From: an uncultured Desulfobacteraceae bacterium
Lineage (GTDB): Bacteria > Desulfobacterota > Desulfobacteria > Desulfobacterales > UBA5852
Assembly: GCA_913060875.1 (NCBI GenBank)
Contig: CAJXSL010000008.1
Span: 18,807 to 82,806, forward strand
Reading direction: 5' to 3'
Length of the DNA stretch: 64,000 nucleotides
Shown: positions 39,276-49,918 of the stretch, piece by piece
Layout: the number at the start of each line of letters is the position of its first letter
Numbering within the stretch: position 1 is the stretch's first letter
The notes under the pieces: model-generated
The model's input: the letters and a program-made list of their open reading frames with translations, nothing else
Told to the model about the DNA's origin: nothing
Databases searched by the model: none
Translations under genes and position numbers: made by a program

Positions 39276-39998
39276 ATGAAAAAAATTGCGTTGTTATCCG
39301 TCTTTTTAGTGCTGATCTTTTCGGGGTCCGCGTTTGCGCTTACCGCAACCTTTTTCGGGGAAGATGAAGGGTTGGGTGAAAACTCTCCTTTATTGTCTTA
39401 TCCGAACTCCACAGCTGCGGAAGCCGAATTTTTGTCTAACCTTGTTGGTGTGGGAACCGAAACATTTGAGAGTTATGCAGATAACACCTATGCGCCTCTC
39501 GGCATAGACTTTGGCGTTGCTGGCACAGCCACTCTTCAAGGTAGTGGCTATGTCAACGAAGTAACTCCGGGTACGACTAACGGTGCTGGTCGTTATGCTA
39601 TTTCGGGTTCCAAATATTGGGAAGCTACTAATTCGTTTTCCATTGAGTTCTCAGAAGCAATAGCAGCATTTGGTTTTTATGGTATCGACATCGGTGATTT
39701 TGGAGGTAACGTCGTCGTCGAACTGTTAAACGGAGAATCCATAGAATACGTTATCCCCCATGGAGTCAATGTCGAAGGTGGCGGCGTCCTCTACTGGGGA
39801 GTTATCGACACCGAGAATCTTTTTACCTCGGTCACGTTTTCCAATACAGCGGCTGGTGTTGACTATTTCGGTTTCGATAATTTCACCATCGGAAGCGTCG
39901 AACAAGTCGTGCCGACTCCCGAGCCCGGCACCATTTTCATGATGGGTCTCGGCCTGTTGGGTCTGGCCGGCATGGGCCGCAAGAAGCTGTTCAAATAA
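39276..39998 (+). CDS. PEP-CTERM sorting domain protein
   Basis: Signal peptide ending AFA; TPEPGTIFMMGLGLLGLAGMGRKKLFK tail. Confidence 0.92.
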   Translation: MKKIALLSVFLVLIFSGSAFALTATFFGEDEGLGENSPLLSYPNSTAAEAEFLSNLVGVGTETFESYADNTYAPLGIDFGVAGTATLQGSGYVNEVTPGTTNGAGRYAISGSKYWEATNSFSIEFSEAIAAFGFYGIDIGDFGGNVVVELLNGESIEYVIPHGVNVEGGGVLYWGVIDTENLFTSVTFSNTAAGVDYFGFDNFTIGSVEQVVPTPEPGTIFMMGLGLLGLAGMGRKKLFK

Positions 39999-40027
39999 CC
40001 TTCAGCACATCTTTACGGGTTGCCATT

Positions 40028-40069
40028 GAAAAGGGCATGGGGTATGAAATTCATATCCGTGCCCTTTTC
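40028..40069. terminator. Bidirectional terminator-like hairpin
   Basis: GAAAAGGGCATGGGGTATGAA / TTCATATCCGTGCCCTTTTC. Confidence 0.65.
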
Positions 40070-40274
40070 GTCAACCCTTTCGGGGTGTTTCAATTGCCCC
40101 GGGGAAGGATGGCGCCATGGAGGCCAAGCAATGCGACAATGGCGGTCGCCGATCCGGTTTTGACCGTCGGCAGTTTTCCTACTCCGGCCACGTGCCGGAG
40201 CGGCGTTCCGGGGAGGAGCGTCGCAGTGGGGCCGACCGGCGGCAGGGCGCGCGCCTTGGCCCTGAACATCGAAC

Positions 40275-40317
40275 ATAATATTTGGCCCGGAGAACGTTTC
40301 TCCGGGCCAAATATTAT
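40275..40317. repeat. Perfect 20-bp inverted repeat
   Basis: ATAATATTTGGCCCGGAGAA-CGT-TTCTCCGGGCCAAATATTAT. Confidence 0.9.
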
Positions 40318-40580
40318 ATGATGAAAAGCAAACTCTAACTTCAATTTTCTCTATAACCTCCCTCCCGTCACTTCAACTAAAGCCGGAGTCTCTTCGCCCG
40401 CCTCGTTGTTTCCCTGAAAGATCCCCGCCAAACTCAGAAAGAGGGGTCATTTTTTGCAGCCATCCCGAAATCCTTAAAGTGTTCTCCCCATAGTGCCGAG
40501 AAGCTTTGTATCGACTTCCTGTCGATCACGAACCTGACAAAGGCCACTGAAATTTGCGAACTGAAAACGGGTGGAGGATC

Positions 40581-42503
40581 ATGGACGCCACGGCGGCAGC
40601 GACTTCGGTAACCAATGCCAATCCAACAGCACCTGCAACGGGTCCTCGCTACAGCGAAATTGTGGACATGCTCCTGCGGGAGGGGTACGTCACCGATGAG
40701 CAGGTGGCCTATGCCCGCCGGGTGCAGGGCAAGCTGGAGACCCCGCGGCGGCTTCTGGACGTGCTCAAGGAGCTGGACTACATCAGCGGCGACCAGGTCA
40801 AAGCGGCCATCCAGGAAAACCGTTTGTCCATGCGTATCGGCAGCCTGCTGGTGGAGTTGGGCTATATTACCGAGCAGGCCCTTCAGAACGCCTTCGAGAT
40901 CCAGCGAGAGGACAAAAAACGGCCCAAACTGGGCGAAGTGCTGGTGGCCCACAATTTCATCAGCCAGAAACAGTTTCTGGAAGTCCTGTCTATCCAATTG
41001 GGATACCCGCTGGTGGCGCCCGAGTTCCTGCCCATCGACCCGAAACTTTTCACTCGGGTGCCGGGGCGCTGGTATGACAGCCACATGATGATTCCCATTC
41101 GCGAAGAAGGCGATCAAATCCTGATGGCTTTTGCCGATCCCCTGGACAAGGCTGAAATCAATGCGGCCCGCCAGGCGTTCAGCCAGGACATCCTGCCGGC
41201 CATTGCCGCCCCGGATGCCATCCGGGCCGCGGTGGACCAGGCCCGCAACGGTTTCAGCGCCGGCCGTTCAGCGGCCATGCGGGAAGACTCGGTGGTGGGG
41301 CAGGTGGACGCCATCATTGTGGCCGCGGTGGAGGCCGGGGCCAGCGACATTCACATCGAGCCTCTGAAAGACCGGTTGAGGATTCGCTTCCGCCAGGACG
41401 GCATCCTGGTACACCACAAGGATCTGCCCCGGGAGATCATTCCCTCCCTGACCAGCCGCATCAAGGTCATGTGCGAAGTGGACATTACCGAGAAACGGAG
41501 GCACCAGGGGGGGCGCATGCTGTTCGAGCGGGGAGGGATCAAGCTCGATCTGCGGGTCTCCTGCTATGTCACGGTGCATGGTGAAAAGATCGTCCTGCGC
41601 CTGCTCAACCGCAAGGCCGAACTGATCCAACTGGAAGATTTAGGCATGGCGCCCAAGATGCTGGAACGGTTCATCGAACATGCCCTGGAGCAGCCCAGCG
41701 GGGTTATTCTCATCACGGGGCCGACGGGATCCGGCAAGACCACCACGGTTTACAGCAGCATTAACCGCATCAACAGCCCCCAGATAAGCATTGCCACCGC
41801 CGAAGAGCCCGTGGAATACATGATCGACGGCATTGCCCAGTGCTCCATCAATCCCAAGATCAACCTGACCTTCGAGGAGACCCTCCGCCACATCGTGCGC
41901 CAGGATCCGGACGTTATCGTGATCGGGGAGATCCGCGACAATTTCTCCGCTGAAATCGCCGTCCAGGCCGCCCTGACCGGACACAAGGTGCTGACCACCT
42001 TTCATACCGAGGACAGCATCGGCGGGCTGATCCGGCTGCTCAATATGAATATCGAGGCCTTTCTGGTGTCCTCCACCGTGGTGAGCGTTCTCGCCCAGCG
42101 GCTGCTGCGGCGGGTCTGTCCGGCCTGCGCCGCCCCGGAAATGCCCAGGCCGGGCGATCTCCAACGCCTGGGCTACACGGCCGAAGCCGTCGCCGGAGCC
42201 AAATTCATGAAGGGGCAGGGCTGCTCGGAATGCGCCTACACGGGCTACAAGGGGCGCATCGGGGTCTATGAACTGCTGGTGCTGGATGAGATGGTCCGCA
42301 ACGCCCTGATCGAACAGCGCACCAGCCACGAGATTCGCTCCATCTGTATCGAGTCCACGGGACTGGTCACCCTCCTGGAAGACGGTATCGTCAAGGCCGC
42401 CGCCGGGGTGACCACCATCGAAGAAGTGCTGCGGTGCCTGCCGCGGCTCAATCGCCCGCGCCCGCTGGGAGAGCTGCGGCGCGCTCTGGGCGCGAGGGAA
42501 TAA
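40581..42503 (+). CDS. GspE/PilB family secretion/pilus ATPase with N-terminal MshEN-like repeats
   Basis: RIGSLLVELGYITEQALQNAFEIQ and KLGEVLV..; ASDIHIEP; GPTGSGKT; RQDPDVIVIGEIRD; two CxxC. Confidence 0.92.
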   Translation: MDATAAATSVTNANPTAPATGPRYSEIVDMLLREGYVTDEQVAYARRVQGKLETPRRLLDVLKELDYISGDQVKAAIQENRLSMRIGSLLVELGYITEQALQNAFEIQREDKKRPKLGEVLVAHNFISQKQFLEVLSIQLGYPLVAPEFLPIDPKLFTRVPGRWYDSHMMIPIREEGDQILMAFADPLDKAEINAARQAFSQDILPAIAAPDAIRAAVDQARNGFSAGRSAAMREDSVVGQVDAIIVAAVEAGASDIHIEPLKDRLRIRFRQDGILVHHKDLPREIIPSLTSRIKVMCEVDITEKRRHQGGRMLFERGGIKLDLRVSCYVTVHGEKIVLRLLNRKAELIQLEDLGMAPKMLERFIEHALEQPSGVILITGPTGSGKTTTVYSSINRINSPQISIATAEEPVEYMIDGIAQCSINPKINLTFEETLRHIVRQDPDVIVIGEIRDNFSAEIAVQAALTGHKVLTTFHTEDSIGGLIRLLNMNIEAFLVSSTVVSVLAQRLLRRVCPACAAPEMPRPGDLQRLGYTAEAVAGAKFMKGQGCSECAYTGYKGRIGVYELLVLDEMVRNALIEQRTSHEIRSICIESTGLVTLLEDGIVKAAAGVTTIEEVLRCLPRLNRPRPLGELRRALGARE

Positions 42504-42506
42504 CAC

Positions 42507-43340
42507 ATGCAGCAGTCCATCGTCGACATTTTTGAATACCTGGCCACCAAGGACATCCAACTGCCGATTTTTGACCGCACGGCCATGCAGATCCAGGACG
42601 AACTTACCAAGCCCGAGCCGGACACGCGGACCATTGAATCCCTGATCGTGAAAGACCAGACCCTGACCAGCCAGGTGTTGAAGGTGGCCAATTCGTCTTT
42701 CTACAAAGGCTTGGCGGAGGTCACCACCGTGCGCAGCGCTATTGTGCGGCTGGGCATCAAGGAAGTGGCCAACATGGTGACGCTGATAGCCCATCGCGGA
42801 TACTTCAAGGCCCGGGATCCTCTGCTGCGTCAACGCATGAACGATCTATGGCGGCATTCAATCGCCTGCGCCATCGGCGCCAAGTGGCTGGCGGAAAAGA
42901 GCGGCTTCGACGTACCATCCAACGAAGCCTTTTTTGCCGGTTTGCTGCACGATGTGGGCAAGCTGTTCATCGTCACCGTGCTGGAAAAGCTGAAAAAAGC
43001 CAAAGACCTGAATTGTCTGCCTTCCGAAGCCCTGATCGACGAGATCATTGCCAGCCTGCACGGCAAGCACGGCTACGCCATCATGCGCAACTGGAATCTG
43101 CCGGAGAAATATTGTCTCATCGCCCGTGACCACCATGCCGAAGATTTCGATACGGATAATGTCCTGTTGTGCCTCGTGCGCCAGGCCAACATGACATGCC
43201 ATAAAATCGGTGTCGGCCTGCGTTCGGATGTCGATCTAGTGCTTTCCGCCACACGGGAAGCCGGACTGCTGGGAATGACGGACATGGACATGGCCCGACT
43301 GGAGATCCATTTGGAGGATGCCAAACTGTTGGCTGCATGA
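42507..43340 (+). CDS. HDOD domain protein
   Basis: LKVANSSFY, AIVRLG, LWRHS, AGLLHDVGK, WNLP. Confidence 0.92.
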   Translation: MQQSIVDIFEYLATKDIQLPIFDRTAMQIQDELTKPEPDTRTIESLIVKDQTLTSQVLKVANSSFYKGLAEVTTVRSAIVRLGIKEVANMVTLIAHRGYFKARDPLLRQRMNDLWRHSIACAIGAKWLAEKSGFDVPSNEAFFAGLLHDVGKLFIVTVLEKLKKAKDLNCLPSEALIDEIIASLHGKHGYAIMRNWNLPEKYCLIARDHHAEDFDTDNVLLCLVRQANMTCHKIGVGLRSDVDLVLSATREAGLLGMTDMDMARLEIHLEDAKLLAA

Positions 43341-43447
43341 TTCCAGAGCAGGCAATTTCAAAAATGTCGAGAGCTTGAGCCGAGGGCTCAACACCGATAT
43401 CTGCTGGTCCCGGGAGGATCGTGCGAAAAGATTTTATTAAATGTCTT

Positions 43448-44224
<777 letters not shown>

Positions 44225-44324
44225 CGTGAGGCTTTCCTTCAATCAAATTCCTAAGTAAAACTTTTATGAAATGCGCCAAGCTTTTCGATTTGTTCTATCC
44301 AATAATGGCTTTTCCCCCAATTCA

Positions 44325-45422
44325 TTACAACCCCGTATCCAACTCCCGCTCCAATTTGCGGCTGAAATTGGACATGTAGAAGCAGCATACAAAGTAAATC
44401 ATGGCCACAAAGATATAAGCTTCGGCCGAAAAGCCCATCCAGCGGGGATCTCCGAGGATCGACTGGGTGGTCTTGAGCAGGTCGTAAAGGGCGATGATGA
44501 CCACCAGCGAAGTATCCTTGAAGGCCGAAATCAGGATGCTGACGGATGGGGGAATCACGATTTTCAGGGCCTGGGGCAGAATAATCAGGCGCATGGTCTG
44601 GACGTAATTCAGCCCAATGGCTTCGGCGGCTTCATACTGCCCCTTGGACATGCCCTGCAACCCGCCGCGCACCACCTCGGCGATGTAGGCGGCCGTAAAC
44701 AGAATGATGGCCACCTGGGCCCGAAGAATGGCGTTGACCGAGACACCCTCCGGCAAAAACAGCGGAAAGACAACAGAGGACATGAACAGCAGGCTGATCA
44801 GGGGCACCCCCCGGATGAGTTCGATGTACACGACACAGAGGGAACGGATGGCCGGCAGGCGGGACTGGCGTCCCAAAGCCAATACGATTCCCAAGGGGTA
44901 GGCCGCCGTAAGGCCGAAGACGGAAAGCAGCAATGTGAGCGGGAGACCGCCCCATTTAGAGGTTTCGATGGAAGTGAGGCCCAGAAGGCCGCCCCGCATC
45001 AGGATGCCCATCACCACCAGTCCGCCGATCCAGATATAAAAAAGACTTTTCTTCCAGTTGCGTCGATACTGGCTGTAGATCAGCAGGCTGACCAGCATGG
45101 CGATGGCGATGGCCGGACGCCATTGCTCTTCGTACGGATAGAAGCCGAAAAGAATAAACCGCAGATTGGCCGGAATGATGGACCAACAGGCCCCGTCGGC
45201 GGCCAGGCACTCTTTGCCGGTAGACATCCAGAGGCTGTCAATGAAGGCCCAGCGGACAAAGGGCGGAATGGTTTTGTAAAAAAGGAACAGGACCAGCAGC
45301 GTCAGCAGGGAATTGAACCAGGAGTTGAAAAGGTTCGCTTTGAGCCAGCCGATCACGCCGACACTGGTCCGGGGCGGCTTGATGTTGTCGGCAAAAGGTT
45401 GTTGGGGGCGTGCGTCTTCCAT
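44325..45422 (-). CDS. aapM: Amino acid ABC transporter permease (AapM/BztC type)
   Basis: NLFNSW, GACWS, RGVPLI, GQYEAA. Confidence 0.9.
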   Translation of the reverse strand: MEDARPQQPFADNIKPPRTSVGVIGWLKANLFNSWFNSLLTLLVLFLFYKTIPPFVRWAFIDSLWMSTGKECLAADGACWSIIPANLRFILFGFYPYEEQWRPAIAIAMLVSLLIYSQYRRNWKKSLFYIWIGGLVVMGILMRGGLLGLTSIETSKWGGLPLTLLLSVFGLTAAYPLGIVLALGRQSRLPAIRSLCVVYIELIRGVPLISLLFMSSVVFPLFLPEGVSVNAILRAQVAIILFTAAYIAEVVRGGLQGMSKGQYEAAEAIGLNYVQTMRLIILPQALKIVIPPSVSILISAFKDTSLVVIIALYDLLKTTQSILGDPRWMGFSAEAYIFVAMIYFVCCFYMSNFSRKLERELDTGL

Positions 45423-45429
45423 AAACCGC

Positions 45430-46626
45430 CTATCGCTCCACGAGTTTCATCTTTTTATTGTACCAGTTCATAAAGGCCGAAGTGGACAGGCTGAAGATCA
45501 GGTACACCATCATGATCAAGGCCACGCCCTCGATGGCCTGGCCCGTCTGGTTGATGGCGGTGCCGGCCACGGATACGAAATCGGGATACCCGATGGCCAC
45601 GGCCAGGGAGCTGTTTTTGGTCAGGTTCAGCATCTGGCTGGTGAGGGGCGGGATGATCACCCGCAGGGCCTGGGGCAGGATCACCAGGTTCAACACCTGT
45701 CCGGGTCGCAAGCCAATGGACATGGCCGCTTCGGTTTGCCCTTTGCTGACGGACTGGATGCCGGCCCGCACGACCTCGGCCACAAAGGCCGCTGTGTAGA
45801 GCACAAGCCCAAGGAGCAGGGCTGCGAATTCGGGGCTCACGCTGACGCCGCCCTTGAAATTGAAGCCCTTCAATGCCGGTATGTTCATGGCCGTGGGGGC
45901 GCCGGCCAGCCACCAGGTGATCAGCGGCAGGCCGATGAGAAGGGCGGCTCCGACACGTCCCGTGGGTAAAATTTGTCCGGTTTGGTCCTGCCGACGCCGG
46001 GCCCAGCGCCGGATGAAATAGACCGCCACGCAACCCGCTAAAAAGGCAATGGCCATGTATTGCCAGGCCGGGTGGGCGGCCGGGACGCCGAAAATCAATC
46101 CGCGGTTGCACAGGAAAACTCCGGCCATGGGATTCAACGCCTGGCGCGGGCCGGGCAGCATCTCGTAGAAAAAGGCGTACCAGAAGAAGAGTTGCAGCAG
46201 GACCGGGATGTCCTGAAAGACTTCGATATAGATGGCCGCCATCCGGGATACCAGCCAGTTGGTCGACAGCCGGGCGATGCCGATAAAGGTGCCTAAAATA
46301 ATCGTGATGACGACCCCGATAAAGCTGACCAGGAGGGTGTTCAGGGCGCCTACCAGCAAGGCTTTGAAGTAGGTGTCCGCGGCCGTGTAGGAAATTAGGG
46401 ATTCCCCGATTTCAAAAGAGGCCTGCTTTTCGAGAAACCCGAATCCGGTGGCGATGGCCTGGCGCTCCAGGTTGGCCAGGGTGTTCGACATGAGGTAATA
46501 GGCCAGCAGGCCGACGGTCAGCAGGGCGCCGATCTGGTAAAGAACGCCGCGCACCTTGGGATCGTACCAGAAAGACGCTTTGGACGGTGCTTCGGTACCT
46601 GAAAGAGGGGTCTCGTTTGGAGCCAT
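45430..46626 (-). CDS. aapQ: Amino acid ABC transporter permease (AapQ/BztB type)
   Basis: GFGFL, GFNFKGG, SPEF, GQTEAA, KNSSLAVAIGYPD. Confidence 0.9.
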   Translation of the reverse strand: MAPNETPLSGTEAPSKASFWYDPKVRGVLYQIGALLTVGLLAYYLMSNTLANLERQAIATGFGFLEKQASFEIGESLISYTAADTYFKALLVGALNTLLVSFIGVVITIILGTFIGIARLSTNWLVSRMAAIYIEVFQDIPVLLQLFFWYAFFYEMLPGPRQALNPMAGVFLCNRGLIFGVPAAHPAWQYMAIAFLAGCVAVYFIRRWARRRQDQTGQILPTGRVGAALLIGLPLITWWLAGAPTAMNIPALKGFNFKGGVSVSPEFAALLLGLVLYTAAFVAEVVRAGIQSVSKGQTEAAMSIGLRPGQVLNLVILPQALRVIIPPLTSQMLNLTKNSSLAVAIGYPDFVSVAGTAINQTGQAIEGVALIMMVYLIFSLSTSAFMNWYNKKMKLVER

Positions 46627-46665
46627 AGGATGCTTTATCGTTCTGAATGCGGTGCCAAAATCCTC

Positions 46666-46743
46666 GTCATCCCGGCGAATGCCGGGATCTGCTTCAGCTA
46701 AGACGGGGAGAAAATCGTCGATTCCGGCGTATGCCGGAATGAC
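46666..46743. repeat. Paired REP-like palindromes (GTCATCCCGG..CCGGAATGAC type)
   Basis: GTCATCCCGGCGAATGCCGGGATC ... GATTCCGGCGTATGCCGGAATGAC in inverted orientation. Confidence 0.75.
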
Positions 46744-46862
46744 CGAAACGCGTTCCCATTGCGTCAGCGAGTGGCGAAATGGGTGCGCTGCCAGGCGCTG
46801 TTACGGTGGCCGCCTGGCAGCGTGTCCAGTTTACCGATTCCGATTTACGCTGATTCGGATGC

Positions 46863-47882
46863 TTACTTGAATGGCGGTGTATACATCAGGCCGCCGTCGG
46901 TCCACAGGGCGTTGAGGCCGCGTTCGATTTTGAGGGGCGTGTTGACGCCGACATTGCGTTCGAACACTTCGCCGTAGTTGCCGACCATTTTGACAATATT
47001 GTAGGCCCATTTTTCATCCAGGCCCAGGGCCTTGCCGTTGCCGGCACTCACACCGAGGAAACGCTGAATTTTGGGATCCGTGCTTTTCAGCATTTCATCC
47101 ACGTTTTTGGAGGTGATGCCCAGGTATTCGGCCTCGATCAGGGCCTTGGTGGCAAAGTCGACGATGTCATACCACTTGTCGTCTCCATGACGAACCGCCG
47201 GGCCCAGGGGTTCGCGGGAGATGATTTCCGGCAGGATGATGTAGTCATCGGGGTTGGGGGCGACCGCGCGCGTTCCGGCCAACTGGGAGGCATCCGAGGT
47301 CAGGCAGTCGCAGCGGCCGGCAAAAAAAGCCTTGGCCAGTTCCGGGGTGCTTTCGATCACGACCGGTTTCATGGTCATGCCGTTGGCGCGGAAGTAATCG
47401 GCGGCATTCAGCTCGGTGGTGGTGCCGGGCAGGACGCATACCGTGGCGCCGTCCAGTTCTTTGGCGCTTTTGACCCCCAGGCTTTTGGGAATCAGGAAGC
47501 CCTGGCCGTCATAGTAATTGGTCTGGACAAAGTTCAGCCCCAGGGCGGTTTCACGTCCCAGGGTCCGGGTGGCGTTGCGGGTGAGCACATCGATTTCGCC
47601 GGACTGCAGGGCCGTAAAGCGGGTTTTGGCGGTCAGGGGCACGAACTTGATCTTGTCCGGGGCACCGAAAACCGCAACCGAGATGGCGCGGGCCGTGTCG
47701 ACGTCCAGTCCTTTCCAGACGCCCTTTTCATCCGGTTTGGAAAAGCCGAACAGGCCTTCGTTGACACCAACGGAAATATACCCTTTGGCTTTTACATCTT
47801 CGAGGGTTCCGGCCGTGGCCATACCGGCACACAGGAAGACGGTCAAAAGGGCGGCGACAAACATAATTCGGGCAAGCTTCAT
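46863..47882 (-). CDS. aapJ: Amino acid ABC transporter substrate-binding protein (AapJ/BztA type)
   Basis: RFTALQSGEIDVL, YYDGQGF, SDASQL, VGNYGEVFERN, GLNALW. Confidence 0.92.
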   Translation of the reverse strand: MKLARIMFVAALLTVFLCAGMATAGTLEDVKAKGYISVGVNEGLFGFSKPDEKGVWKGLDVDTARAISVAVFGAPDKIKFVPLTAKTRFTALQSGEIDVLTRNATRTLGRETALGLNFVQTNYYDGQGFLIPKSLGVKSAKELDGATVCVLPGTTTELNAADYFRANGMTMKPVVIESTPELAKAFFAGRCDCLTSDASQLAGTRAVAPNPDDYIILPEIISREPLGPAVRHGDDKWYDIVDFATKALIEAEYLGITSKNVDEMLKSTDPKIQRFLGVSAGNGKALGLDEKWAYNIVKMVGNYGEVFERNVGVNTPLKIERGLNALWTDGGLMYTPPFK

Positions 47883-48195
47883 CCTTTCCTCCTTGGTTGC
47901 GGGTTGTATCGGGATATCACTCTGTTGGTTGGGCGGTGGTCCTCCTCTCCGTAGTGAGTAGGCATTTTGATAACCGGCTGATGATGCGCGTTGTCTTCCA
48001 CGTACAAAAATGAATGAATTTCATCAAATGGAAGATGATTCGCAGGGGTAATCTGTATATCAAAAGGGCCTGATATGGCAAGGGTAAAAACACTCAGGAG
48101 CATGTCTAATCGTGACCTCAGTGGCTGCCGGAGCCGAAAGCAGGGGATTTTTTCTCCGCCCGACCGATTTGGGATAGGAAATCGCCAGCCGGGGT

Positions 48196-49230
48196 TCAAC
48201 CGGTCATCCACACACCGAAGCGCAGACGCCACCACAGGGCCGGCCCAACCGTCATAAGGACGAAAAAAATAGCCGTCAGAACCGTGTTGCGGGCGGCGCC
48301 GGCGGCATGCCGGCCGGCCATGCGGTCCAGGGGGGGCAATGGGTTTGTGGCGAAAAAGGAGAGCGCCAGGGCGGACGCGGCCTCCAGGGCCACCAGCATC
48401 CAGGCGGCCCAGATGGGGAACCCCAGCATGCGATGCTCCGGCAGGAAGAGGCACCATGGACAATGATGGTGCAGCACGCCGTAATGGTAGGCAGCCAGCA
48501 CCCGGACCAGCGCGATGGCCGAGAGGGGCAGCCACACCATCGTCAGGACAGCCAAAAGGACCGTAACGGTGCGGTGGGCGCAAGTCTTCCATGTCGTTAT
48601 GGCGGCGATCAGCAGGCCGATGGTCGTGATACTGAAGGCTGTCATCCAGGACGGGTTGTTTACACCCATGGTCTGGCGCGCGTCATCCAGTGAGCTGAAC
48701 TGGTCGTAAATCACGGCACAACAGTCCACCGGCTGCTGAAATTCCATGGCCAGGGCCGCCTGCCACGCGGCGTGCTCCGCGAGGAAAAGCACCGGGAGGG
48801 CCAGCAGAACCAGCCGGGCATTGACGACCGCCAGCGGGGATTCCGGCAATTCCCGGTTGACCTTCTCCATCCGCCACCAGACCCAGAGAATGGCCAACCC
48901 TACCAGCCGAAAAATCAGCATGCGCGGTCCTCCGCTGCGCATGGCCTGCAGGACGCCGGTGCCGCACATGGCGCCCGGCACCATATCCGGCAGAATATTG
49001 GTGAGGGCGTAGATCAGGGTCACGGTGGCGAAAAGGTGCAGGCCGAAGGCCCAGGCCCCGGCCAGAGCGGCTGTTTCGGAATGGGCCTGCAGCCGCAGCT
49101 GCTGCGCACCGGTATCCTTCGGATCCCAGTGAAGCACGACGCGAAAAGCGACGGTCGCCGCACCGGCGAGCAGAAGCAGTGTCAGGATATCCGTTGCGAA
49201 AACGGCCAGCAATAGCGGGTGACGGGTCAT
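48196..49230 (-). CDS. Polytopic membrane protein with Cys/His motifs, function unknown
   Basis: About 8 TM segments; GAMCGTG, VDCC, HHHCPWC. Confidence 0.8.
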   Translation of the reverse strand: MTRHPLLLAVFATDILTLLLLAGAATVAFRVVLHWDPKDTGAQQLRLQAHSETAALAGAWAFGLHLFATVTLIYALTNILPDMVPGAMCGTGVLQAMRSGGPRMLIFRLVGLAILWVWWRMEKVNRELPESPLAVVNARLVLLALPVLFLAEHAAWQAALAMEFQQPVDCCAVIYDQFSSLDDARQTMGVNNPSWMTAFSITTIGLLIAAITTWKTCAHRTVTVLLAVLTMVWLPLSAIALVRVLAAYHYGVLHHHCPWCLFLPEHRMLGFPIWAAWMLVALEAASALALSFFATNPLPPLDRMAGRHAAGAARNTVLTAIFFVLMTVGPALWWRLRFGVWMTG

Positions 49231-49916
49231 GGCACAGGTTGCAGGGTTCCGTTGTCAAGCTTCAGGTGTTGATCGACAGCGATCCATTCTTCCACGTGGC
49301 GGTCATGGGCCGCGACGACCACCACGGCGCCGCGATCCGCGGCCTGCCGAAGCAGCCGGCCGATGCGGCGGGCATTAGCGGTGTCCTGGTGGGCCGTGGG
49401 TTCGTCCGCCATGATGTAGTCCGGCGCATCCACAAGGGCCCGGGCTGCGGCCACCCGCTGGCGTTGACCGCCGGAAAGGGCGGTGATTGCTTGTCCGGCG
49501 AGCTGCTGAGCGTTGAGACGGTTCAGGATGTCCAGGCCCATTGATCGCCATTTGCCAGGCCCGCCGGAGCGGGGTATCAGGGGCAGGATGACGTTTTCCA
49601 GGACATTCAATCCGCTGACCAGATGGTCCTGCTGAAAAATGATGCCGACCCGGCGACGCCAGCGGTCCCGGTGGGCGGCCACCCAGCGGGAAACCGGCTG
49701 CCCCGCGGCGCGGATTTCGCCCCGGGTGGGGCGCCGGAGACCGGCCAGCAGGTGGAGCAGGGTGCTTTTGCCGGCGCCGCTGATGCCGCTGATCAGAACC
49801 ACCTGTCCGGCAGGGAAGATGCTGTCGATTTCCTGCAGAAGAAATCCATTCAATGCGGTTCTATCCGCATTGGGGTAGCGGTAGGCCAGGCGGCGGCATT
49901 CAAGTGCAGCAGGCAA
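49227..49916 (-). CDS. ABC transporter ATP-binding protein (LolD/FtsE-like)
   Basis: GISGAGKST, LSGGQRQRV, ADEPTAHQD; probable TTG start right after the permease stop. Confidence 0.85.
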   Translation of the reverse strand: MPAALECRRLAYRYPNADRTALNGFLLQEIDSIFPAGQVVLISGISGAGKSTLLHLLAGLRRPTRGEIRAAGQPVSRWVAAHRDRWRRRVGIIFQQDHLVSGLNVLENVILPLIPRSGGPGKWRSMGLDILNRLNAQQLAGQAITALSGGQRQRVAAARALVDAPDYIMADEPTAHQDTANARRIGRLLRQAADRGAVVVVAAHDRHVEEWIAVDQHLKLDNGTLQPVP

Positions 49917-49918
49917 GG

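Noticed and set aside
40090-40344. 84-aa minus-strand ORF
   Set aside because: No recognisable motif, and it spans the perfect palindrome; unsupported
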